Source of the DNA: Treponema sp.
GTDB lineage: Bacteria > Spirochaetota > Spirochaetia > Treponematales > Breznakiellaceae
Assembly (NCBI GenBank): GCA_009781635.1
Contig: WQXU01000005.1
Span: 13,443-77,442 of the forward strand
Direction: 5' to 3'
Length of the DNA: 64,000 nt
Below, in pieces: positions 56,889-64,000 of this stretch. The position numbers were made by a program, and so were the translations under genes. Every line of letters begins with the position of its first letter. The stretch's first letter is position 1. The notes under the pieces were generated by a model. That model ran no database searches. It was given only the letters and a program-made list of their open reading frames with translations, and had not been told where the DNA came from.

Positions 56889-57953
56889 ATGAGTGAAAAA
56901 GTCTTAATGAAAGGAAACGATGCCATTGCTGAAGCGGCGATAAGAGCAGGCTGCCAGGCATATTTTGGATATCCAATTACTCCGCAAAATGAGATTCCTG
57001 CCTATATGTCAAGGCACATGCTTGAAAAGGGGAGGGTCTTTATACAGGCCGAAAGTGAAATTGCAGCCATGATAATGGTTTACGGCGCAGCCTGCGCAGG
57101 CGCAAGGTCGATGACCAGTTCTTCCAGTCCCGGCATCAGTCTTAAGCAGGAAGGAATGTCCTACGCTGCCGGCGCTGATGTTCCGCTTGTTTTGGTTAAT
57201 GTTAACCGCGGCGGGCCTGGTCTTGGTAATATTGCTCCTGCTCAAAGCGATTATATGCAATCTACACGCGGCGGCGGCCACGGCGACTACAGATGCATAG
57301 TGCTTGCTCCCAAAAATGTGCAGGAATGCGCAGACTTTACATACATGGCTTTTGATCTTGCGGACAAGTACCGGATGCCTGTTATCGTTCATGCAGACGG
57401 ACTGATTGGCCAAATGGTAGAAGGCCTGGTACTGCCGGCTGAAAAGACAGTGCCTAAATACGAATGGTCTGCCGGCGGCTGCGCAAAAAGGCATGGGAAA
57501 AAGGCTATTCATATCACCTCGATTGAGCTTGTACCCGAAATACTCGAAGCAAAAACAAAAGAGCGCTTTGAACGTTATGAGAAAGTAAAAGCGGCGGAAA
57601 TACGTTACGAAGAGTATGACTGCGCCAATGCAGATCTCATAATGGTGGCTTTCGGCACCTGCGCCCGTGTTTGTCTTGGAGCGCAGAAGCTTGCAAAAAA
57701 AGAAGGAATAAAACTCGGCATTTTCCGCCCAATTACACTGTGGCCCTTCCCCTATGAAGCCCTTGGGAAACTTGTCTCAAACGGCAAACCGGTTTTATCG
57801 GTAGAAATGTCACTTGGTCAGTTGATTGAGGATGTTAAGCTCTCAGCTTATTATTCAGGTTCAAAATCGAACATCCATCTTTTGGGTCACTCAGGCGGCG
57901 TAATCCCGACTGAAGAAGAAGTCTTTGCCAAAGTAAAGGAATTATTATCCTGA
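56889..57953 (+). CDS. 2-oxoacid:ferredoxin oxidoreductase alpha subunit (Kor/Vor/Oor type)
   Basis: The ATG at 56889 gives MSEKVLMKGNDAIAEAAIRAGCQAYFGYPITPQNEI, the canonical alpha-subunit N-terminus. The longer ORF from 56700 overlaps the ferredoxin gene. Confidence 0.85.
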   Translation: MSEKVLMKGNDAIAEAAIRAGCQAYFGYPITPQNEIPAYMSRHMLEKGRVFIQAESEIAAMIMVYGAACAGARSMTSSSSPGISLKQEGMSYAAGADVPLVLVNVNRGGPGLGNIAPAQSDYMQSTRGGGHGDYRCIVLAPKNVQECADFTYMAFDLADKYRMPVIVHADGLIGQMVEGLVLPAEKTVPKYEWSAGGCAKRHGKKAIHITSIELVPEILEAKTKERFERYEKVKAAEIRYEEYDCANADLIMVAFGTCARVCLGAQKLAKKEGIKLGIFRPITLWPFPYEALGKLVSNGKPVLSVEMSLGQLIEDVKLSAYYSGSKSNIHLLGHSGGVIPTEEEVFAKVKELLS

Positions 57954-58025
57954 CAATAGAATTATCAGGATATTCCGATATTGATTGTTTGCATAAGCAA
58001 ACGAAATCTATGGAGTATTAAAGAA

Positions 58026-58790
58026 ATGAAAAAGATACTTGGACATCCGGAAAGTCTGCACAAGATACAGACAAAATATTGCGGCGGCTGCGGGCATGGT
58101 GTAATTCACCGGCTTATAGCTGGTGTTATCGATGAAATGGGGTTAAGGGATAAAACCATTATGACCCATCCTGTAGGCTGCTCAATTTGGGCGGATCTGT
58201 ATTTTGATTTTGATACAGTGCAGCCGCCTCATGGGCGCACACCTGCGGCAGCTACCGGCGTAAAACGGGTTAATCCCGATCACCTTGTAATTTGCTACCA
58301 GGGAGACGGTGACATGGCAGCCATTGGAACGGCGGAAGCCATCCATGCCGCAAACCGCGGAGAGAAATTTACAACAATCTTTGTTAACAACGCAATCTAC
58401 GGCATGACTGGCGGACAAATGGCGCCCACAACCCTGCTTGGCCAGAAATCAACCACCTCGCCTCTTGGGCGCGATGCCGATGAAGCCGGAATGGGTTACC
58501 CAATCAGAGTTGCGGAACTATTGGCCGCATTGGACGGAACCCGCTATATCGCAAGGGGTTCTGTAAATAATGCCGCAAATGTACGCAAGACAAGGCAGTA
58601 CATAAGAAAGGCCTTTGAAGCCCAAATGTCCGGAATTGGCAATACAATGGTAGAAATTCTCGCTTCCTGCCCTACAAACTGGCAAATGGATTCGCTCCAG
58701 GCAGTTGAATGGCTGGAACAGAATATGATTCCGCAGTATCCGCTTGGTGAAATTAAAAATACTCTTTCTGAGGCAGGAGGCTCCAAATGA
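58026..58790 (+). CDS. 2-oxoacid:ferredoxin oxidoreductase beta subunit (TPP-binding)
   Basis: The ATG at 58026 gives MKKILGHPESL. YCGGCGHG and the GDGDMAAIG TPP motif are present. Confidence 0.85.
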   Translation: MKKILGHPESLHKIQTKYCGGCGHGVIHRLIAGVIDEMGLRDKTIMTHPVGCSIWADLYFDFDTVQPPHGRTPAAATGVKRVNPDHLVICYQGDGDMAAIGTAEAIHAANRGEKFTTIFVNNAIYGMTGGQMAPTTLLGQKSTTSPLGRDADEAGMGYPIRVAELLAALDGTRYIARGSVNNAANVRKTRQYIRKAFEAQMSGIGNTMVEILASCPTNWQMDSLQAVEWLEQNMIPQYPLGEIKNTLSEAGGSK

Positions 58791-59320
58791 CAGAAAAATC
58801 GTTCTTTGCCGGGTTCGGCGGCCAGGGAATCATCTCCCTGGGACAGCTTTGGGTCTATTTTGCCATGCAGGAAGGAAAAAACGTTACATTTTTCCCCTTT
58901 TACGGCGCTGAAAAACGCGGAGGTATCGCCCGCGCCAGCGTAATTATCTCTGATGAAGAAATTGCAAGCCCTCTTGTGACAACGCCGGACTCAGCGCTGG
59001 TCATGAACATGGATTCCCTCCCTCTTTGTGAAAAAATTATTAAAGAAAACGGTTTAATGCTGATAAATTCAACGCTTGTAAAGGAAGATCCCAAACGCGG
59101 CGGCATCAAAGTTGTTAAAATTGAGGCCAGCAGCATTGCAGAACAGGTTGGAAACGTTGTTTTTGCAAATATGGTGGCCCTTGGAGCAATGGCAAAGCTA
59201 ACAAGTGCGTTAAAACTAGCCGATATTGAAGGTATCCTTAGGAAATTTTTTCCGGCGGACAAGCAGCAGTTTATTCCTATGAATATCAAGGCTATTCAGG
59301 CGGGATTTGACGCAGTTTGA
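58787..59320 (+). CDS. 2-oxoacid:ferredoxin oxidoreductase gamma subunit
   Basis: FAGFGGQGIISLG...GAEKRGG motif. There is a 4-nt overlap with the beta subunit gene. Confidence 0.85.
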   Translation: MTEKSFFAGFGGQGIISLGQLWVYFAMQEGKNVTFFPFYGAEKRGGIARASVIISDEEIASPLVTTPDSALVMNMDSLPLCEKIIKENGLMLINSTLVKEDPKRGGIKVVKIEASSIAEQVGNVVFANMVALGAMAKLTSALKLADIEGILRKFFPADKQQFIPMNIKAIQAGFDAV

Positions 59321-59435
59321 TTTTTATTGACAACTATTAAAAACGCTGATAGAATTGTCGTGTGAAGTTATTGCTAAAATATTGTGCGGCAGCACGATAT
59401 TGAGCATGAAATATAGTTTTATACAGGGAGCTTAG

Positions 59436-60467
59436 ATGGCCTCGGTACACGAGTATAAACGTTTGGAAAACAAGTTTGTCCAAAAGGTTAAGACAGGCGC
59501 TGTTAATGTAGCAGGTTTTCTGGCAGGCACCCTTAAGGCTTTGGGCAGATTCCTGACAAGACGTTATACCGTTGTATTTGTTCCTCATTCAGAAAAAAGA
59601 GTTTACAATCTTCACGTCACTATATTATCAGTTTGCTGTTTCCTGTTTGTCGCCTTTTGCATTCTTGTCGCATTTGTCTGGTACGGCGCATCGTACAGCA
59701 GTACCATGCATGCCATAAACGATAAGGACAGGCGCCTTGTTGAAACAATGGGTTCGCTTCACGAGTTCCGTGATGAAACAGCTTTGTTATTGCGGACAGC
59801 GCGTGATTTTGAAAATGCCTTTTCCGGTATTCTTTCTTCGCTTGGTATAGGTAATAATAATTCCCTTGCTCATAATACCGCCGGTGATTTGGGTTCTCTT
59901 ATAGGAATTAGAGAGGCTCCCCAGGGGCTTTTAAGAGAAATTAACGATATCAGGCGGCTTTCCGCTTATTTATCCGAGGCAGTTGGGCCGATTAATGAAC
60001 TGCGCGCCCTTATGGATACACAGAGCGCTTTCTTAACCGAGATTCCGAGTATTTGGCCTGTCAGAAACGGGATTGGTCATATAACAATGTTTTTTGGGCA
60101 GAATATCCATCCAATTCACGGTCAATATTATATTCACAGAGGTATTGATATTGCCACCTACCGTTTTGGAGATCCGATTGTCGCATCTGCGGACGGGCAG
60201 GTTGTTACCGCTGAATATTCCTACGATTACGGCAACTATGTAATTATAAGGCACAAGCACGGCTACTATACCCGTTATGCGCACATGCAGAACTTCAGAG
60301 TGCAGGTTGGGCAGCGTGTTCAGCAGAATGAAATCATCGGTTATATTGGAAGTACAGGCATTTCAACCGGACCTCATTTGCATTATGAAGTTCACATAGG
60401 TTCCGATGTTGTAGATCCATACAGATATATTACGATTCGTTCCAGCCTTGCAAGGCAAGGGCGCTGA
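59436..60467 (+). CDS. M23-family (LytM) metallopeptidase with N-terminal membrane anchor
   Basis: HRGIDIA...GSTGISTGPHLHYEVH catalytic motifs, one transmembrane helix near the N-terminus, and GGGAG upstream of the ATG. Confidence 0.85.
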   Translation: MASVHEYKRLENKFVQKVKTGAVNVAGFLAGTLKALGRFLTRRYTVVFVPHSEKRVYNLHVTILSVCCFLFVAFCILVAFVWYGASYSSTMHAINDKDRRLVETMGSLHEFRDETALLLRTARDFENAFSGILSSLGIGNNNSLAHNTAGDLGSLIGIREAPQGLLREINDIRRLSAYLSEAVGPINELRALMDTQSAFLTEIPSIWPVRNGIGHITMFFGQNIHPIHGQYYIHRGIDIATYRFGDPIVASADGQVVTAEYSYDYGNYVIIRHKHGYYTRYAHMQNFRVQVGQRVQQNEIIGYIGSTGISTGPHLHYEVHIGSDVVDPYRYITIRSSLARQGR

Positions 60468-60479
60468 ACAGGAATATAA

Positions 60480-60908
60480 ATGGCTCAGGCAGCTTCTGAT
60501 TTTTCAATCAACACAATTATCGGTCCCAATACCACTTTTACAGGCGATATCGAAACCGGCGGCTTTACGCGCGTCGACGGACATTTGCGCGGTAATCTAA
60601 AAGTTAAGGGCAGGGTAGTAATCGGAGAACGCGCCAGAATGAAGGGGAATGTTACCGGTACAAACATTACAATAGGCGGTGTTGTATGCGGAAACATTAT
60701 ATCTGACGGGCATCTTGTCATTCTTTCCACTGCCATTGTTATCGGTGATATAATTACACGGCGCATTCAGGCTGATGACGGATGCTTTATAAACGGCAAG
60801 GTGGCGGTATGCCAAACCGATGAACGCTGGACGAAAACCATGTCCGAGCATCGTGACGCGCTGGGTATAAGATCTGCCTTGCCTGTATTCCAAAGAGTCT
60901 ATGGCTAA
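60480..60908 (+). CDS. bactofilin (polymer-forming cytoskeletal protein)
   Basis: Right-handed beta-helix repeat pattern GDIETGGFTRVDGHLRGNLKVKGRVVIGERARMKGNVTGTNITIGGVVCGNI. Confidence 0.8.
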   Translation: MAQAASDFSINTIIGPNTTFTGDIETGGFTRVDGHLRGNLKVKGRVVIGERARMKGNVTGTNITIGGVVCGNIISDGHLVILSTAIVIGDIITRRIQADDGCFINGKVAVCQTDERWTKTMSEHRDALGIRSALPVFQRVYG

Positions 60909-61449
60909 AGTTGATGGAACAGATCCTTCCTTATACATGAATCCTTCTGCTTATACGCAGGTTAAGGACGATAAAAAACAAAAAAGTATCCGCCGCGGAG
61001 AGAAAACCGAATTCTCCAGGTTATTCGATGAACTTCGGGGTAAAACCGCAGATCAGCTTGGGCCGCTGCAGAATTTGCCTGTATCGGAGGATTCTGTCAA
61101 CTTGCTTATGGATGAAGTCCGCGATGCAGGCGACAGGTTAAAAAGCCGTCCTCTTCCTGAAGAGATAATGCGTTACAAGCAGGCGGTGCGTAATTTTATT
61201 AACTATGTAGTTCAAAATTGCTATTCAAAGGGATATGATGCAGGTATCCCCAATTTTCTGAAACCGGGCTTTAAGGGGCAGCGCGGAACTCCCGCGGCAA
61301 TGGAAGGGAAGGGATATACTAAAATTTCGATCATCGATAAAAAGCTTGATGATTTGGCAGCTATGCTTCTTTCCAGCCAGGTTAATCAATTACAGCTGGT
61401 TTCACGTCTTGAGGAAATACGCGGTCTTTTGGTAGACTTATTACAGTAG
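60901..61449 (+). CDS. DUF327/YaaR-family protein (tentative)
   Basis: 182 aa with F..L and YK.AVRNFINYV patterns like YaaR. It is adjacent to a PSP1/YaaT-type gene, as in Firmicutes. Confidence 0.55.
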   Translation: MAKVDGTDPSLYMNPSAYTQVKDDKKQKSIRRGEKTEFSRLFDELRGKTADQLGPLQNLPVSEDSVNLLMDEVRDAGDRLKSRPLPEEIMRYKQAVRNFINYVVQNCYSKGYDAGIPNFLKPGFKGQRGTPAAMEGKGYTKISIIDKKLDDLAAMLLSSQVNQLQLVSRLEEIRGLLVDLLQ

Positions 61450-61460
61450 GGGCAAACAAG

Positions 61461-62414
61461 GTGAGTGATTATAACAAATATGAAGATATTGAAGATGATG
61501 ATATATCCGCTCTGGAAGACAACCGCAATGAAGCGAAGTTTCAGGAGCATGATATCATCACAGGTGCTGCTGCCGGAATCGAATCCATTGCTCCCGATAC
61601 TCCAATTTACAGACTGCGGCTTTTATATTCCCAGGAGACCTTCCTTGCAGTTTACCGCGAAGATAATTTAAGCCCGAATTCAATGGTTATAGTTCCTACG
61701 CGGTACGGCCGTGATTTGGCGCAGGTAATAGGCTCTGTCCGCGGAAAACTTCCGCCTGTCTCGGAGATTGCCTGGATTGTCCGCGCAGCGACTCCGGAAG
61801 ACATGGAAAAATCGCGTAACAATACAAAGCTTGAAAAAGAAGCATTTGACATCTGCAGAAAAAAAATTACGAATCACAGGCTGGACATGAAACTTGTATT
61901 GGTGCACTACCTTCTTGAAGAGCCGAAGATTCTTTTTTTCTTTACCGCCGAGAACAGGGTAGACTTCCGCGAGCTTGTTAAGGATTTAGTGAGCGTTTTT
62001 AAAATGCGCATAGAGCTCCGGCAGATAGGTGTGCGTGATGAAGCTAGGGTTGTAGGCGGTCTTGGAGTCTGCGGAAGAGGTTATTGCTGCCATTGCGTTT
62101 CCGATAAATTAAAACCTGTGTCAATAAAAATGGCAAAGGATCAAAAACTTTCGCTTAATTCCGTAAAAATTTCCGGTCCCTGCGGACGGCTTTTATGCTG
62201 TCTTTTTTATGAATACGGTTTTTACAGCGAGCAGCAGCGTAATCTTCCGCAGGAAGGGATGCGCATTAACTATGAAAATGAATCATGGAAGGTTATAGAA
62301 GTTAATCCAATAGCATGCCAGATTAAATTAACAAGTGATGACGGCAGACAAATAACTGTTCCGGCATGCAAGTTCGAAAAGGTCGATAATTTCTGGAAGA
62401 TTAAAACTAATTAA
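61461..62414 (+). CDS. PSP1-domain protein (RicT/YaaT-like)
   Basis: GTG start. PSP1 core FFFTAENRVDFRELVKDL...RIELRQIGVRDEAR. Cys clusters CGRGYCCHC and GPCGRLLCC. Confidence 0.8.
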   Translation: MSDYNKYEDIEDDDISALEDNRNEAKFQEHDIITGAAAGIESIAPDTPIYRLRLLYSQETFLAVYREDNLSPNSMVIVPTRYGRDLAQVIGSVRGKLPPVSEIAWIVRAATPEDMEKSRNNTKLEKEAFDICRKKITNHRLDMKLVLVHYLLEEPKILFFFTAENRVDFRELVKDLVSVFKMRIELRQIGVRDEARVVGGLGVCGRGYCCHCVSDKLKPVSIKMAKDQKLSLNSVKISGPCGRLLCCLFYEYGFYSEQQRNLPQEGMRINYENESWKVIEVNPIACQIKLTSDDGRQITVPACKFEKVDNFWKIKTN

Positions 62415-62417
62415 TGC

Positions 62418-63674
62418 TTATGAATTATAAAAATATTTTCTGATTTCCGATACTAAATAAAAAGAGCCTGCGCCTAAAACCGGCAAAGGCTTATTAGCCT
62501 TTGCCAATAAAACCGCTTGTTTGACGGCTTCATGCGTATCAGGTATTAATAAAGTTTTTCCCTTTACTGCAAGAGCTGTAAAAATTTTATAAACATTAGA
62601 GGGCTCGCTTGCCTTAAAATTTCCCGGGGTGGTTATAATTATTTTTGCGAAACGCTCATGCGCTGTCTTCGCCATTGCTTCTGCGTTCTTGTCAGCCGCG
62701 CAGCCAAAAATTAATACGCCGCCTTCTCCGTAAAGCATGCAGAATGTTTCTACGCAAAGGGCAAAGCTCTCCGGTGTGTGGGCTCCGTCAATGATAAAAG
62801 GCGGTGCTGCGGATGCACCGGAAGGGATTAATTTTTCAAAGCGCGCCGGCATTTTAACATTTGCAAGCCCGCGGCGTATTGCATCATCTGTAACAGTTCC
62901 GGGCCGGAAGGCTGTCTTTACTGCGGCAATGGCAAGAGCGGCATTTTCGGCCTGAACTTTTCCCGGTACCGGAATTGAGAGCCTAAGGGCGCCGAATGTA
63001 AACTCTGTTCCCTGCGGTGTAATTCCAACATTTGATATTTCTCCGGTTTCCGGGAAGTAATAAAGCCTGCTGTTTTTTTCCTGCGCTTTCTGCCTGAAAA
63101 CTTCCAGCGCTTCATCCTTTTGTTTTGCCAGAATAAGAGGTTTGCCGGGTTTTATTATTCCGGCTTTTTCCCCTGCAATGGCAGTAATTGTATTTCCAAG
63201 GAAGTTTGTGTGCTCAAGTTCAATCAGTGTTATGACGCTGACAAGCGGATCAAGGATATTGGTTGAATCAAGCCGCCCGCCCATGCCGGTTTCTACAACC
63301 ATTACATCGCATTCTGCCCTGCGCGCGCATAGAAAAAAAAGAAGGGTTAAAAGCTCCCAAAATGTCGGCTCGTACCCCTGAGAATCAGAGGTAAAGAGCG
63401 GATTATTTTCTGCAGGAAGTTTTTCTTCCGCTATGCTGCGCAGTTCATTGCCCGCAGAGCAGTAAACATCTTCATCGAAGAATGAGTCTCCAAGACAGAT
63501 GCGTTCACGGATATCCGTTACGTGAGGTGACATGTAACGTGCGGCGCGAAAACCCGCGGCTGTCAATATGGACGTTATCATGCATGTGACAGAACCCTTG
63601 CCCTTTGATCCGGCTATGTGGATGGAAGGCGCGCACCGTTCGGGGCGGCCGGCAAGCTCTGCCAGCGTTTCCAT
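62418..63674 (-). CDS. folC: folylpolyglutamate synthase / dihydrofolate synthase
   Basis: Mur-ligase P-loop HIAGSKGKGS, then VVETGMGGRLDSTN and DGAHTPES. Homology appears to continue upstream of the listed ATG, to 63779. Confidence 0.8.
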   Translation of the reverse strand: METLAELAGRPERCAPSIHIAGSKGKGSVTCMITSILTAAGFRAARYMSPHVTDIRERICLGDSFFDEDVYCSAGNELRSIAEEKLPAENNPLFTSDSQGYEPTFWELLTLLFFLCARRAECDVMVVETGMGGRLDSTNILDPLVSVITLIELEHTNFLGNTITAIAGEKAGIIKPGKPLILAKQKDEALEVFRQKAQEKNSRLYYFPETGEISNVGITPQGTEFTFGALRLSIPVPGKVQAENAALAIAAVKTAFRPGTVTDDAIRRGLANVKMPARFEKLIPSGASAAPPFIIDGAHTPESFALCVETFCMLYGEGGVLIFGCAADKNAEAMAKTAHERFAKIIITTPGNFKASEPSNVYKIFTALAVKGKTLLIPDTHEAVKQAVLLAKANKPLPVLGAGSFYLVSEIRKYFYNS

Positions 63675-63803
63675 CCTGTCCAGACGAAAGCTTTTGGGTT
63701 TCTGCCCGCGTTCAAGATTGATATGCCCGGAGAGCCACTGGAATACTTCGCCGGAAGATGAAAAATAGTTATTATTCAGGCATCACTCCAATAAGAACAA
63801 TTA

Positions 63804-64000
63804 GTTATAATTCGTACGTTTTTCCGTATTTAATTATTTCTACATTGGGATAGCCGTTTTCTTCAAGGTATTTTTTTAAGTGGGTCTGTGCTTTTCTTTC
63901 ACCATGAACCAGGAAAATGCCTTTTAAGCGCGAGGTATCCAGAGCCTGCAGCCATTCCAAAGTTTCAAAATAATCGGCATGAGCGCTGAATGCGTTTATG
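63804..64000 (-). CDS. C-terminal end of a beta-CASP / MBL-fold hydrolase (5-prime part outside the window)
   Basis: The minus-strand translation reads ...INAFSAHADYFETLEWLQALDTSRLKGIFLVHGERKAQTHLKKYLEENGYPNVEIIKYGKTYEL*. The SAHAD and VHGE motifs are typical of beta-CASP C-termini. It is not in the ORF track because no Met lies in the window. Confidence 0.55.

Overview
64-kb chromosomal segment, probably from a Spirochaetota (Treponema-like) genome. That assignment is an inference from the FabV/TER-type enoyl reductase, many lipobox lipoproteins and overall gene content. I count about 60 protein-coding genes. I saw no rRNA, tRNA, CRISPR array, transposase or integrase. Main blocks in order:
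- glnS 3-prime end.
- A cobalamin-riboswitch-controlled TonB-receptor/ABC uptake operon.
- A frameshifted glgX.
- An NT5C-like nucleotidase coupled to a B12-binding radical SAM gene.
- A lipoprotein/outer-membrane-protein pair.
- A fabH-fabD-fabG-fabF-fabZ-fabV cluster without acpP.
- An 11-gene same-strand array containing a MoxR/DUF58 module, RDD and SpoIIM-like membrane proteins, two cNMP-binding proteins and an amidohydrolase.
- A PHP phosphoesterase gene, a BrnT/BrnA toxin-antitoxin pair and yifB/comM.
- eda and a DegT aminotransferase gene.
- A LolCDE-like ABC system with a LolA-like protein and an outer-membrane protein.
- A divergent pair of conflict-type ATPases (DUF4143 AAA and AlbA_2/Schlafen-like) separated by a repeat-rich intergenic region.
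- xylAB.
- A five-gene envelope operon (FecR-like, beta-barrel-like, OmpA-like, and two repeat lipoproteins, one with five tandem ~116-aa DWY-motif repeats).
- A four-subunit 2-oxoacid:ferredoxin oxidoreductase.
- An M23 peptidase, bactofilin, YaaR and RicT-like cluster.
- folC and the 3-prime end of a beta-CASP/MBL hydrolase gene.
All family calls come from motifs read by eye in the translations. No database search was run. The best candidates for something undescribed are the MoxR-associated membrane module with its upstream cNMP/amidohydrolase trio, the divergent ATPase island, the repeat-lipoprotein envelope operon, and the small lipoprotein that leads the B12 uptake operon.
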